Below are positions 27,368 through 47,366 of a stretch of 64,000 bases of DNA, in pieces (the stretch's first letter is position 1; each line of letters opens with the position of its first letter). Where the stretch lies: the NCBI RefSeq assembly GCF_009914755.1, contig NC_060925.1, one strand, 5' to 3'. The notes beneath the pieces are model-generated. The model was given only the letters and a program-made list of their open reading frames with translations. It was not told the DNA's origin and searched no databases. The stretch comes from the human T2T-CHM13v2.0 reference genome, Homo sapiens. A program made the translations under genes and the position numbers.

Positions 27368-30216
27368 GAGAACAAGGCAATTCCATCAAGCCACAATTCC
27401 AAAGGCATGACTGAATGTGGAGTTGTTGCTTTCACCAAAAATTGTTTTTGCAAAGCATTGACATTTGTCAAGAGCCTAACTGTGGCCAGCCACAAACACA
27501 GTCCAGTAGTATTTGTGGCAGTGCCCACAAAGGCTCCAGTGAATTCTTCTTTGTGAAAAGTCTTTAAAACACAGAGTAACCATGTAGCAATTACCATCAG
27601 AAGTATTTAGAGGCATTCTGAAGAGTCTGTTGGGAATTTTAACAGCCTGATCTCTGCCCCATTCAGATGGTTATGGTAACATGCAAAGTGAATAGCTCTG
27701 TGGGCCTGCCAGAAACAGAGGGGGCTTGGCCCATTAGATAGCAAAGTGCAAGTCTTCTGCACCTGACACTGTGCGGACTCCAGGGCTGCTGTGGAGTTTC
27801 ACTGGCTGTGGCCACAGCTAGAGTATGTAGGGCCAACTGGTGACTAACTGTGGAATCTCCACACAACTTCTCCCTATTAAAAAATTGCACAGGAAAATGC
27901 ATTAGGAAAAAGTCACATAAATCTCTTCTGGAATGATGCTCATAAAAGATTTGTCATTTTTCTTGGTTCTAAGAGCAATGGGCATACTTTAATCTAATGT
28001 ATTCATTCACTTAGCAAATACCCAAAGCTTTTACTTTTAGGTTCTGGAGATACAGCAGCAAATAGCAAATAAAACACAGAAAATAATCTCTTCCCTCGTG
28101 GAGGTTTTATTCTAATGTGAGAAGAGTGACAGGCAACTTTTTAAAAAAGTAAAAAAAAAAAAAGAAAAAGAAAGGAAGTAAAGGGGCTGCCTCATGAAGG
28201 GGGACAGGCCACTGGTAGGACTTGGAGATTTACTATGATTGAGATGCATGCCACTGCAGGGGTTTGGGCAGAGAGGTAACATCATTAGGATTGTTTCTAA
28301 AAGGATTGCTCTGGCTGAGGTACTTTGGGGCTGGAAAGAGAGGTAGCCAATTAATTTGCTTTTTTATACCTACTTTCTATGCATTCAATTATATAGTAAG
28401 TATTTTACTTAGCATGGGCTATGAGCTGGACACTGGGGAAAGAGACAAAGAATGAAAGATGAGATTCTTCAGTGTGATAAAAAACATACTAAAGAGGGCA
28501 CTTAACCAAGTATTGGGGAGAGAGAAGCTGAGGCCTGAAAGATAAGTAGCATTATTCAGTGGAAGAGGGGAAGGAAAGAATGCAGCAGGCATAAATGAGA
28601 ATAAGAATAATAACAATAATAAGGTAGCTAATACTGAGCACCTCCTGTGTGTTAGGGATTCTTCTAAGCGCTTTGCGTGTATACCATCTCATATAATTCT
28701 CACAAATACCTACATGTGTGATAAGTATTGTTATTGTCCTCATGGTACAAAAAAGGAATGTGAGGCACAGGAAGGTAAAAAATTTTGCTTAAGGACAGCA
28801 GCTAGGAAGTAGAGGTGCCCAGACTGAAAACTAGCTCAGTCTGATTCACACCCTGAGTCCCTGACCACTTGGCCAACTGCATAGAACATTGAATCTGAGA
28901 GATGAGGCTGAAGAAATGACCAGGAGCTCAGTTCAACCAAATTTATTTTTAAAATAAGTGTTGCAAGTAAACTCTGTGCCCAAATGCCAAGGCTACAGAG
29001 ATAAGTAACAAAGCATGGCTCCTAGTCTGAAGGAGTGTGCTTCTGGTGTGCCACATATCAAAGCTTAATAAATAACCAATATAAATATGACCATGGAGGC
29101 CTGGATGTGCACAAGGCCACAGAGAACTTCTTACAGCATCCACAGTCATGGTCTTGTCAATACAGAAGCCGGGAGCAGCAGTTGGCCCAGCAGGAAATGT
29201 CAAAACCTGGGTTGCCCCAGGATTCAAAGAGGCATCACAGCACATCACACCAGAGTGGGGTAAGAACCCCCACATTACTGGCAAGAGAAGAGGTTTTCAA
29301 TGAGAGCAAGGCACCCCAGCTACATAATATCATTTTGTTATTCAGGGTCTGACAGCAAAGAATACACAGAGGAGGAGAGGAAAGCTTTGGTGTTGTGTGA
29401 TGAGGCAAAGGGTCCCAGAGGTTTGGTATACATTCGCTTAAAACAAAACAAAAAAAACAGTGCTTGTAATTTTGTAACCTCCTTAGGGTATTTCAAATGG
29501 TTTGTGAAGATCAATGTTCTGCATGTTCAAAGAGTTTAGGGAGTTTTAAAACCTTCCCATGCAGACTGGCTTGTCATAAAGAACAAAGGAACATGGAATT
29601 TCTTGCAGGGATGTGAATTCACACAAAGGAGCCCAGAGATCTAAAATCAACAAAGATGGCCTTTGAACTTTCCTCAATCCAAAAGGGGAAAAGAATATGT
29701 ATTGCTCTGTGGGCTCCAATCTAGTTGCTGCTTTTATCTTCCATCAATAAAATTGGTTTTGTGATTTTTATTTATGTAACTACCCAGTGGCCATTGAGTA
29801 TAAAGTAGTGATTAAAAGCTTGGGCTCAGATGGACCTGAGTTCAAATTCAAGTTCTACGGTTCTTATAACCTGTGACTTTGGCCAAGTTAGTTGAGCTCT
29901 CCAAGTCTCAAATTTCTCAGCTATAGGATGAAAATAAGAATATCATCTTCTTCATTAGGTTGCAATGAAGGTGACGTGAGAATGCAATTTCTACATGTCT
30001 AATATGTGGTAAACACTAAATAAATATAAATTGGATATTTTTTTCTGTTTTCCATTAGCTCATGCATTTTAGTCTTTAACATTCCTCTCCTAGGAGAAGC
30101 TATGAAAATCTAAGATGAATGGAGATCCTACATTCACTGAGATATCATTGTTTGGCCCAAAGGGAGAAGGCAGCTTAGGAGAGCAACACGTATAGGACTT
30201 ATCTGACACTCTAAAG

Positions 30217-30433
30217 AAGAGATTGGTAAACTACAGCTCATGGGTAAATCCAACTGCCTGCTTGTTTCTGTAAAGTTTTATTGGAATACAGCCACACTCA
30301 TTTGTTTACATATTATCTATGTCTGTGTTTGCACTGAAACAGCAGAGTTGAGTAGTTGCAAGAGACCATATGGTCCACAAAGCCTAAAATATTTACTGTC
30401 TGGTCCTTTACAGGAAAAGTTTGCTGATCCCTG
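30217..30433. mobile_element. MER58A (hAT-Charlie)
   Basis: gattggtaaactacagctcatggg...aaagttttattggaatacagccac...gaaaagtttgctgatccctg. Confidence 0.85.
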
Positions 30434-31399
30434 CCTGCTCTAAAAGCATAAAAATCTATATTTGTTCAAGTCACGTAGCCCCAAAACTGTATACATTGGA
30501 AATCCATCTCCTAGTGGAAAAATATGAAGGCTACCTTCAGGTCACTGTAAACAGTTTTACTAGCCCGTGCCAGGTGCTGTGTGAAGTGCCAGGCACACGG
30601 AGACTCATAAGGCTCATCCTTGAGCAGTGGCTAAAGAAATGAAAGGAGGTTCACCAATGACCACAAACTTTGTTAAAAAGAATCAGAGTAAACAGACAAA
30701 GATAAACATGAATAAAATTGCAGAGGAGGAAACATCATTCATTCATTCAATCAATCATTTCTTTAATCCATACTTACTGAGAAACAAGGCATAGTAGAAA
30801 ATAGGAAACACAAGATTAGATGGAGTGGTAAATGACAAAAACAAGTCTGCCGTAAGGAGACTCTGAGAAATGCATTCAGCAGAGCTAAAAAGCAGATGTG
30901 GGATTTATAAGGCATGAGCAAAAAAGGAGAACCAGAAAGCCACTATGGTGGATAGGGAGGGGAGACAGGGCAGACAGGGACAAGATGAAGTTCCAGAAGG
31001 AGGTAGAGGCCAGGTCATGAGGGCTTTATCAGCCAGGACAGGGTGTTAGGGTGTTGATCTACATGTGTTGGGCAGCCACTGAGGGATTGGAATCAGGGAG
31101 GTGACATAATCTGATTAGCATTTTAAAAATTTCACCATTGTTACTGTTTTATCTCTTCCCTTCCCTTCATGAATGATTTAGTCCAAAACCATTGGACAGG
31201 GCTGAGTAAGGTGGACTTCCCCAATGGATATGGAGCAGAATGTCAGAGTCCAAGTAAGGTGTGGAGAATGTCTATGTGGTGGATGGGAGTGGTGGGTGGC
31301 ACTGCCTGGCAGAGGGTGTCAGAACAAAAGTGGGAGAAGGAAAGGGTTTCCACAGGAGGTTGGGGCTGCCCGGCCAAGGTGGTAGTGCTTAAGTATGGT

Positions 31400-33165
31400 A
31401 AATAAGGTAGTCACGTGGGAGAGTACCCTGACAGAGGAGATCAGAATCGAAGCCCAGGAAGAACGTTATGTATGAGAAGGGTGGAGAGAATAGTGGCTCA
31501 AGTAAGGCCAGAGCCCAAGAATGGTAAGCAGGACATCCTACAGAGTAGTGCCACTGTGGTTCCATGCAGGCTAAGAAGGACATGGGCACAGGAAAGTGCC
31601 TGGTGGAAGGAAGTTGGAGCATAAGGGTGGTGAAGAAGGTGTACGTGTGGGCAGGCAGCCCAGTGCAAGGGGCTGGAGCCTGAGCAGGGTGAGGAGGGCA
31701 TGGCATAGGGACATAGTACAGTGCTGAGTGCTGGATCCCCAGGTAAGTGAGGAGCGGACCCACTTGGGGCAGGCAGGTGGGGAATAGGCGGGTAGGTGTC
31801 AGAACACATGAGAGTGAGGAAGCCTTCTGCATGGGTGTGGGATATTGGAGCCCCCGTGGGTAAAGGAGGATATTTGTGTGTGTGTTGGAGTGGGGAAAGG
31901 GTACAACAGCAATGGGAGATTTGTACATTCAGGGACAATGATCAAATAAGTAAATATATTTAGGATAATGGGAGCTAGGTTTCTCACTGTCAGAGAATGG
32001 TGTGAATATGGAGAGAATGAAAACTAGAGTCAACTCTGTTGGTTGGTTTGGAACTGGAGATGTTGCTGGAAACTTATGCTTTGACAGAGCAAAGTCTTAA
32101 TGTGTTTACACACCTATGTATGCTCATGCATATGCTCTAGCTGTTTCTGCTAAATGAAAGCACCTGGGAGGAGCGGCACTTCAACTGCAGGAACACACCT
32201 GGCACCTTGATCCTCATTTCCAAATACTATTATTTACCAAAAGGAAACAAGGCACTTGAAGAAATGACAGACTTTAAGGCTGACACAAGGAAGGTACAAA
32301 ACAAGAAAATAAGCCTGAAACATCTTGCACCAGAAAGGAGAGAGATACAAAGAAAGATGGTGACATAACAAAGGAATACATTGAAGGCACCCCAGGTGGT
32401 CAACTATGAGTTAATTTGAGTATAAAATAAATGATGACAGTGACATCAATAAAATTGTAACTATAAGTTCATATAGATATAAATAAATGATAGAAGTAAA
32501 TAAAATTTGGCTGAGATGCAGAATATTTATATAGTCTCAAAATACCTCCTCACAAAATACTTATTAATTACAAAGAGAAAAAGAGTAATTTTATAGTGTG
32601 GAAGCCTATCAGACATCACTCAATCAAGTAATCAAAATTAACAACACAATAATGGGACAAATCAAAATGTGATGGGACACAATGAAAGAAACAACATCCC
32701 TTCTGTGATACTGCCCTCCAAAGATGCATAATTTGAATCTAATCATTAGGAAACCTCTGATAAAACCAAATTGAAGGACATTTTGCAAAATTACTGGCTT
32801 GTCATCCTCAAAAATGTCATGGTTAGGAAATTCAAGTAGAGATGGAGAGACCATTTCAGACAGAAAGAAAATAAAGAAACATGACAATTCAGTGCTGCAT
32901 GTGATTCTGAATTAGATTCTTTTGCTATAAAAAGCGTTATTGAGATAATTGGCAAAACTTGAATGGCGTCTGAGAGTAGATGGAAGAATCAAATGATTGT
33001 ATTGTGGTTATGTAGGAGGATGTCTTTATTTTGGAAATACACTAAAGTATTTGGGAGATGATGGGCATTAGATTGTCAACTTATCTCAAATGCTTCAGAA
33101 GAATAAACACTGTATAATTGTGGCAACTTTTCTTTATGTTTAAGATAGTTTTTAAATGAAAAGTT
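31400..33165 (+). mobile_element. Old L1M (L1MC/MD-like) 3' region; boundaries approximate
   Basis: caaaatacttattaattacaaag...atgcataatttgaatctaatcat...aaaccaaattgaaggacatt...gtatttgggagatgatgggcat are typical L1MC 3'UTR motifs. Confidence 0.6.
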
Positions 33166-33359
33166 TTTTTAAGAAAGTTCATATATTCACTTCAGCCATT
33201 TGATTCCAAAGTCTTTGCACATGCCCCTGCTTTGCTCTCTCCCTGGATGACCCCACCCCTTGTGAACCAGGGCTTGTTCTTCATTTTCTCTGCTTAGGGA
33301 GAGTGTCCTTAGAGCATGTCCTTTCTCCTGTGTTGAAGTTTACCTGTACATGCCTATGG

Positions 33360-33522
33360 GTTTTTTTCCTTGTTTTGAGGCAGGGTCTTAATCTGTCACC
33401 CAGGCTGGAGAACAGTGGTAGGATCACAGCTCACTGCAACCTCTACCTCCTGGCCTCAAGAGATCCTACTGCCTTGGCCTCCCAAAGTGCTGGGATTACA
33501 AGCATGAGCCACTGTGCCAGCC
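33360..33522 (-). mobile_element. Alu monomer (FAM/FRAM-like)
   Basis: Single ~160-bp monomer gagg cagggtctt...gagccactgtgccagcc. Confidence 0.8.
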
Positions 33523-35846
33523 GTTAGGTGTCTACGTTTCTATTTACCCCAGAGGGTAGGGTCTATATCCATCACACTCATGTCTGTATTCCTAATATAT
33601 AGCACAGCTCCTGGCATTGTGCTTGATAAAAAGCCATGGAAAAAGGAAGAGAGATAGGGATATAGCCATAACTTTGAGAATCACTTCTAGAGCCAACAGG
33701 TTTAAGTTGAGAAAGACTTAATAACTGCCTGGCTTAGGTTTGAATTACAACTGGGTTATCTTGGGTAAGACATAGTCTCTCTGAGCCTTGGTTTCCTCAT
33801 ATATAAAATGGGTTGTTAGGTGGGGCAAATTTTGTAAGTTTTGTAAAGTATCGAGTAGAGTCCCTGGCGCTTAGCAGGTATGAAACAATTTTGTTTTCCC
33901 ACTGTCCTTAAAAATAAAAATAAAAATCATCAAATAGAACTAGAAGATCAGAATTCTAGGTTATAGTCTTGATTTCACTACAACCTTGCTATATGAACTG
34001 GGATAGGTTATTTCAATTCTCAAGGCCTCAGTTTCCTTCTTGGTAAGATGGTAGGTGGGAAAATGAGGAAGTGAGGAGTGGGCCTTATCACTGTCATGCT
34101 ACCAAGAACTCAAAAAGTTTTTTTTTTTTTTTCCTGGATGATAGTATAGAAGGTGAGGGATATGAAAGATTTTGCTATAGAGTATGTTCCTCAGTTTTAG
34201 CAGTCAAGGCATGCAAAGTCTGCCTCTTAATGGTTTGCTCAGCTGACTCATTTATACCTGCTTAAATTAGTAGGTAAATTGAGAGGTGGTAGTGTTGTTA
34301 GGTTACTGTTGAGCCTATTAATAATTTATGAGCCATCAAGGAATTAATACACACTTTAAGTTCTCACTGCATTTTTCCTTATTCATAATTCTTTGCCTAA
34401 TTGCTTTTTCCTTTAAAAATGGGGGAAGCTGAGACCTTGGATATTTGCCTAATGGCTCAAGCAGAACCATGACCTGGTTGCCAAGTCTTTCAGTTCTTTT
34501 ATAGCCTGGGGACATTTGCCATTGAAAGAAAACTGATGGGTTTGATATTCCTGAAAGAGATATTTTGCACTAACCTCTGGCCCCATTAAATGCTTTGGCA
34601 CTTGCCCATTCTCTGTAATGGGAGCAATAAATTTGTTTCAATTTAGGACATTGTCAAGTAGGAAATATTGACAAAAACAAAATAATGCTTTGAAAACAGC
34701 CAGGATGAAACCATGAATAAATAAACATATTGAACTTAACTGATAAATTAGCAAATGGCCATTCATAAGAGTCTGACTGGACCATTTCAAAGTTAGGCCA
34801 AGTAAATTCCTGTCTCTAATAGAAATATCATCTTACTCTTTAGGCCAGAGGAAAGGTGGGCTAAGAGGAAAGGTGGGCTGCATGGGAAGACACTGCAAAG
34901 CATAGAAAGGCATTTACCCCGTCTGACAGATCTGTTTTAAATAGATCTGTTTTCAGCTAAATGCCAAAAGGATGAGCCAGATGACTCTAGTAGCCTTTTC
35001 TATGGCAAGAGATTTATTATCCTAGTGTAAACACCTTTATTAGGCATTTCAGCAAGCTGTTTCTCCACCTTTTCTTTGTATTAGTTCCTTAGATTGGGGC
35101 AAATAACTGAAATTCTGTTTAAGTATTATTGTATGTGTTTCCTTTTGAGTATAAGAGATAACTTCTAAGTTAGAGATATTCCTCTTGAAGAAGGGGATAA
35201 GTGTGCATATGGCATTGATCCTTGTGCTAATATTATCACATAGGTAACATTGTTATGACAGACGGCAATAAACCACAAAACATGTTTGCAAACTTGTGAG
35301 GCCTTAAATGGTGTTGCCTTATTAAAAATCCAAATGGCTAAATCATCCAGAGTACAGGTAGCCTGAGGGCATTGTTAGCTGCATAAAAACTAATTGGACC
35401 AATTTGAATGGAAGAAAATGTTGCCTGAAGTCTTTAATCACACTGATAACCTAATGGTTTTCTGCTCAACATAGCCCAGGCTGTGTTTAGGAAGATGAAT
35501 CCAAGCATGCAACTTAAAAAATTTTACACAAGATCAGAGGGTTGAGAGGAATAATAAATTTCTCATTTAGAAAGTTTAGTGCGTGTGTATCTCATGTTTT
35601 AGCATCATAGCAAGGTAACAGCAAGCAATTGTTGGATAAAGGAAAGTATCATTTTTTTAAAGATAAAGCAAACATGAGAAAGCTGATTCTGATTTTGCTC
35701 TGATTATAAGGGATGTTTCTCTAAGAAGAATTTAGCGTTCATCTTTATGTGCAAATAATCCAAAACCCTTTAACTTATTATCAGCTCTGTAATTCAATGA
35801 GCTCCTGAAATGGTAACTGAACAATAGTTTGACACGTGCTATTATT

Positions 35847-37259
<1,413 letters not shown>

Positions 37260-38595
37260 GACATGTGCTATTATTAAATGGAGTGTGTTTTAGTAGAAAG
37301 AGTATGGAATGAAAGTCTGAAAAACTTTTGTTCAAGTTCAGTTTCTGCCTCTGGCTAGCTCTGTGAGTTTCTGCAAGTCATTCGAACTTTCTGAGCCTGA
37401 CTTTGCATCCCCAAAACGCCGGTGAAATTAATTCCTTCCCAGACACCCCACAGGGGTTTTATAAAAATGTTACAAGCTAATCGATAGAAAAGTATATGAA
37501 AGCTATAAAGCCTTCTGCAAGTATAAGCAATTATTATTATTATATCATAGTAGAACGTAATGTTCTGGGTCTCTTTATTTAAAACAATTCTCTGTAATTG
37601 TTTTAATTTCACTCAACTTTCAAGCCATGTAAAATAGTATACGTCTGTTATAATTCACCAAATCAAAGTTCCCAAGTTTGCAAAAGCCACGCTCAGAAGA
37701 ATGTGATTTTAAAAAATTGATTCCTTTTGGACTGCATACCCATCTGAAGTCTTCTTTGGAATGCAATTCAGTCAGAAGCAATTGTGGCACTAGCAAATAT
37801 TCTGAGAATTCATGAAATCCCAAAGCCAAAACCATGATTCATTGCTCCAATACCAAAAACATTTGGCAGGCTGTAGTTTGGAAGCCACAACACTGTCTGT
37901 TTTTAAGGCTCTAAATGGGGCCATTTGGATTCATTATGACACTGCCTGGTCCCACCACACTAGAGAGATGGCACCAGAATCTCCCAGTCTCTTCAGACAT
38001 TATTTTTCGTATTTCTTCTTGGGACTTGCTTAACAATATATCTCTTTGGATTAAATTACATAGAGTTTTAGGAGTATCTCCTCTATCTTGTAAGCATTGC
38101 AACATGAATATTCTACAAATTTCTTTTATATAAGAATTCTTGTTTAGCAGTTCTGGATTTCCTAGTGCCAGCCTTATACAACCTGTCATTCAAATCCTTA
38201 ACGATGGGTTTATGTGAAAGTGGTTTCTCTACAGTTTCCTCTGCTTCATCTTAAATGGAAATGTAGTTCCTCCTTTGAAATGGAGCACTAAATGCAATGG
38301 TTCCTTCAGGCATATAGCACGTTTCAGTTACCATTTCAAATGAAATGTATTTAGACAAAAGCTACTAACAGCACACTGAGTAGCAGTGGTAACGTATAGC
38401 CAGATATGCTGTGGCATGTATGTAAAAAATCACGCATTCAGCCCTGGCCAAATGTTGGACACGTCAGATAAGGAAGCTAAAAATCTCCTGCCTAAATGAG
38501 GACTGTGTAATTTCACTCTGCCTTTCCAACATGCCAAAGCTAGCTTCTCAAAGTCTGCATGATTCATGAATGCCTTATAAAGAATCATAGAATTC

Positions 38596-38879
38596 TGTGG
38601 CTCACACCTGTAATCCAAGCACTTTGGGAGGTCGAGGTGGGTGGATCAACAGGAGTTCGACACCAGCCTGACCAACATGATGAAGCCCCATCTCTACTAA
38701 AAATACAAAAAATTAGCCAGGCATGGTGGCACATGCCTGTAATCCCAGCTACTCTTATGCTGACACACAAGAATTGTTTGAGTGTGGGAGGTGAAGATTG
38801 CAGTGAGCCGAGATTGCACCACTGCAATCCAGCCTGGGTGACTGAGAGGGACCGTGTCTCAAATCAAACAAACAAAAAA
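38596..38879 (+). mobile_element. AluS, diverged
   Basis: Dimer flanked by TSD aagaatcaYagaat. Confidence 0.88.
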
Positions 38880-41799
38880 AGAATCACAGAATGTAAGAAA
38901 TGGAGGAATCTGGGACGTCACTTGTCACATCTTGTGACCTCCAGGTAGGTTCCTGGATCCCTCTACAGCACCTGGAGCCAAGAGGTGCTTCAGTCCTTAG
39001 CTTACAGACTTCCAGGGATGGAACAGTATCCCCTACTAGAACAATTCAATCTATTTTTGGACAGTTCTAATCTTAGGAAATGCAGCATTTTGTTTTAATT
39101 ATTGTTGATGTCTAAGGTTCAACTTAACTCTGTGGGAATGTCATCTATATGAAATACCTTCACCATTTGAAGACTGTGTCAGTTGTTGATATTCAGTCAG
39201 TCACAATTGAATCTAACCACTCGTCATCTGGAACAGATCTCCCCTTCTTACTTACAAAGCAGTCAGGAGTAATTCTGTCCAACACTCTGCTAGAATCCAG
39301 CTGTATGTTCTAGCCTATTGATTTCCCCTTATTATTTATCTTCATCAAAAAAATAATAAAGTAAATCTAGAATGATTTTCTTTTCTTAAGGTATCCATGG
39401 TAGCTCCTAGTAATCAGTGTTTTTCTAAGAGTGCAGAAAACTTCTGTTTAAATCATTCCTTTCTGAAGCTTTGCCTATAATGTACATTAACTCACTAGCC
39501 TAGTTTGTAGGCTGTCTTACTCCTGCTTTGGGGAGTTGAGTCTATATTTGCATATATTATCTTCTAGCACTTTTCCCATTCTTCTTAGCTCTTCTGTCAT
39601 TAGTTTTAAATGCCCTGGTTCATGTCTTTACCTAGGGTGCATTAATTCATTCACAGACAATGTGACCATTTGCAAACAGGCTAGTTTGTTCTGACAAGCC
39701 ATGGCCTAAATGGCATGCACACTCCAAAATACAGTTTACATATTGTGGATTTGAGTGTGAACTGGTCTAATTGGCAGATGTTCACTAGGACATCTATACC
39801 CCTAAAGCATGAATTAATTAGTAAAAATATTTTTTAAAAATTTGTTTCTGTTCTTAATTTTAATAAATTATTCATATCCTAATGCACCTTTATAAAAACG
39901 GTGACTGATGATCATTTTTATATTTATGTATACATCATGGAGCTAATTTGAATTAGCACTAAAATAATATATACTAATATAACATGGTAGTATGCAAAAA
40001 CTAACCTAAAGACTATGTTATTCTCTTTTCATAAAATAAAATTTCATTTTACATCCACAAAATTACCCATATAGGAACTAATAATTCATATATATGGCTA
40101 TCTATGATATATATCATCATCTTTTTAGCATAAAGAAGACTACCTAGTTGACCAGCAATGTTGAAATACTTGCAAAATTGAGTGCTTTCCTTACCTGTCA
40201 TTAGCTTGCATTTACTTTTGTTGAATTCCTGAGGCAGCTGCATCACTGTATTTTCACTGACCACAATTTCAGCAAATAGAGGTCCTGATGAATCTTCTAA
40301 ATCCGGGCATCTGTGAAATGCTTGCTGAAGTCTGGATGCACATGGGTGGAAACAGCTAGTTCCATTGATCAGGTTCTGGTTTCTTCTGTTTTGTTTGACC
40401 TGGCATGGGTAGCTTCCATCTGTCTGTCATCCTAGAACAGCATCTGGAGCCAGCCTATGTGGTATCTCTTGGGCAAAAAGGTTAAGTCGTTTGACATGGA
40501 TTGCATTTAGCAACTGAACAAACAGAGCAGCTTGGATATGAGCTTTTATTCAGAAGAAACCAGATAGCCATTTTGGTGATAAAATATTTATTTCCTATTA
40601 TCTTGTGTTGCCAAGACTACTTTGTATAGTACATTTCTTAAAAGGAGATAGAGTTCTAAAGAAGTTAGGTATATTAATAAGGGAAATTGTATTTTGAAAA
40701 ATGTCTTGAGTGATATTCTATTGCCATATTTATTGTTGATTGAGAACACATTATGTCCCATTTAAGCCAATACTTTGTCTTCTTCTTAAGTATTGCTTTC
40801 TTCTAAAAAACAACATCTCTACTCTATAGCTTAAGGAAGTGAGGCCAAAGATGCAGTCATTTTTAAGGCAGGTAGAAAGAATTAATCAGTGTGAACTGAT
40901 GTTAGCTTTCAGGAAAATCTGATGTCTCCAAATGAACATTTTGTAATAATTTAATTTTATTTAATTTAACATACATACTTTTATTTTAAGTATTTGCAGA
41001 GTACTGGCTAACCCCTGTGGGGAATCTAAAGATGTCAGACATAATCTCTGACCTCCAGGAGCTATCTGTGTAATGAGGTTCACTAGCATACAAATACAGA
41101 TAATTCTACCCTAAGGCAGATTCTGATGGGTACTGTGATAGAATTATCACGTTCTAGAGGGGTATGGAAGAGGAAGAGGTTAGTGCTGACTGGGAGTTTT
41201 CAAGAGGGCTTCAAGGAAGATGCCAACTTTGAGTTGGACCTTTATTGAGTGCTTACTAAATTTCAGCAATGTTCAAAGTGCTTTAAATTTATTAACTCTT
41301 TTAATTCTCATGATTAACTTTATAAGCTAAGTCTTGTTATAATTCCCATTTTATAGTTGTATCACTGAGGTATGGAATAGTTAAATAACTTGCCAAGATA
41401 GTAAGTGATGGTGTCAGGATTCAAATTCAAGGAGTCTGGCACTAAAATGCTCATTCTTAACCATAGCACTATACTGCTTCCTGCCAGGGATAAATAGGCA
41501 TATTCAAGCAGTTGAGAGCGCTCAGCCATAGTCATAGAGAAAAGAAAATTGAGGAATGTTTGCAAAATTCAGTTTTTTAGTCTGGCTTGAACTTGGGTAA
41601 AAAAATAGTTGAGGAATTGTAGAATACAAGACACAGAGACCCAAGTAGGGCTATAGAGGACTTGGTATATCGGCTTGGGGAATTGCAGGGGAATGCTGTG
41701 GTAAGGCTTTTATTATAATAAGACCCTTTGGGGGGAGTATTGAATGACTGGGGGGTAGAATGTCATTTAAGGATCTATTAATTCTATTAAATGCTCCAA

Positions 41800-42740
41800 A
41801 AACTCTTTTTTAAGCTTCTCTTATGTACCAGGCACTGTTCTGAGTGTTGAAGATATAGCAGGGAACAAGAGAAACAATTCCCCACCCTCATTGTGTGGAA
41901 AGAATATGGAGGGTGTATAAGTAAACAGATAAATAAACAAGATAATTTTCTATAGTTCTGAAAGAAGGAAATAAGGCGATGTGATGTGATAGAGAGTGGC
42001 CATGGGCAGAGGAATAGTCACTCAGAATGGTGGTCAGGATCTATTCTTGGCTCCTCTGCCATTCAGGCCTGAACTGAGGCCTAAATTGCAGAGGAGGCAG
42101 TCATAGATGAAGGCAGGGCAAGTGTTCAGCAAAAGGGGATTTGCGTTTATTAAGAAGAGCATTGCAAGCAGCGTTAACAAATGCAGAAGCTCTGAATTGG
42201 GAAAGAGCTTGGAGGGTTCAAGAGACAGAAAGAATGCCAAAAAGAAGAAGCATTTAGCAAAAGATGTGGAGAAGGGTATGGGTTGAAGTTTGAGAAGTAG
42301 GAAGGACCAGAACCTTATAGGTAGAGCATTTGTATTTTATTCCAAATGAACTGGGAAGCAATTGAAAAGTTTTAAGTAGGTGAATGATGTAATCTGTTTA
42401 TATTTTGAAAAGATCACCCTAGATAATATACAAAGAATGGACTATATAGAGACAGAAGTGAAAGCAGGAAGATCAATTAGATGGCAAACTGCAAAAGCCC
42501 AAAGAGGAAAAGATTCGTCTAGGCCTTGAGGCTGGAGAGAGATGGATAGTTTAGGATTATATTTTGGAGGCAGAGCTAAAATGACTTGAATTGAGTGAGA
42601 AATGTGAGGGAAAGAAGCTATTACCAAGGAGGACTCCAATAATTTTGGCTCAAGGTAACTGAACGATGTAATACTGGTAACTGAAATGGAAAGAACTGGC
42701 TTGGGTGCTGGGAGAATTAAGAGTTCTTCTACAGTCATGG
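41800..42740. mobile_element. L2 fragments
   Basis: atgtaccaggcactgttctgagtgttgaagatatagcagggaacaaga...ttttaagtaggtgaatgatgtaatctgttta...ggattatattttggagg are L2 3'-region motifs. Confidence 0.65.
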
Positions 42741-43616
42741 TGAAGTTCTGGGGGGAACTAGGGTAGTTGCTTTGAGAATGACAAATGATGAATGGATGCT
42801 AGAGAGATTATAGATATACAATTAACTGACTGATGTAGTTAGATGCTAGGATGAAGATTTTGATAAATTCAGGTTTTGAGTCAGATGAACTGGGAAGGAA
42901 GTGACCCCATTTACCAAATCGGCAAAAGAGAAGGAGGAGTTTGAGAAAGGAGAAGGATCAATACAGAGTAGGAATCATTAGGAAATTCATATTTGATAGT
43001 AGATAAACACATCAGCTTTGGAATCTAAAAGATGAGGATTTGAATCCTGGATGAGCTGTTAGCAAACCTACATGACAAGTTACTTAATTGTTCCAGTGTC
43101 AGTTTTGTTATCTATAAAATAAGGAAATGATATTATATTATATGTAAAGCGATATATATAAAAACAGAAAAGAATCATGCAATGAATATTATCACTATAT
43201 CTTATTATCATAAAAATAATATAATAATAATACTTCTTGGGATGTGTTTTATTTATATTATTACTAAGATAATAATGTTCTTGTTTTAGTTCTTTTTAGT
43301 AAGGATTACAAGCACAAACTGGAAATTATTTATGTTCTTTTCCTATTTTACAGGTAAATAAACTGAGGCTCAGAAAGGATGGCATACCCAAGGTTATACC
43401 GCTAGAAATTGTAACCTATGCTTAAGAGCCAGGACTCACACTTGGATATGACTTAAACCAAATAATTCTGAACTCTTCCCCAGCTAGTTACTGTTAAGAT
43501 AAAAGCTGCTTTGTATCACTTTGCCATTTCTCTGGGATCTATGTTGAGTGGAAAAATTCTGTGTTTATAAAAATGTTATTATCAGATCACCATACTGTGA
43601 AACTGTGTTTTATTAA

Positions 43617-47366
<3,750 letters not shown>

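Noticed and set aside
31389-31938. 179-aa and 146-aa Pro/His-rich minus-strand ORFs
   Set aside because: Arise from G-rich, stop-poor sequence in or beside an old L1M region; no recognisable domain.
43330-43360. Acceptor-like ttcctatttacAG upstream of the real exon
   Set aside because: Common MIR-derived motif with no convincing downstream donor or reading frame.
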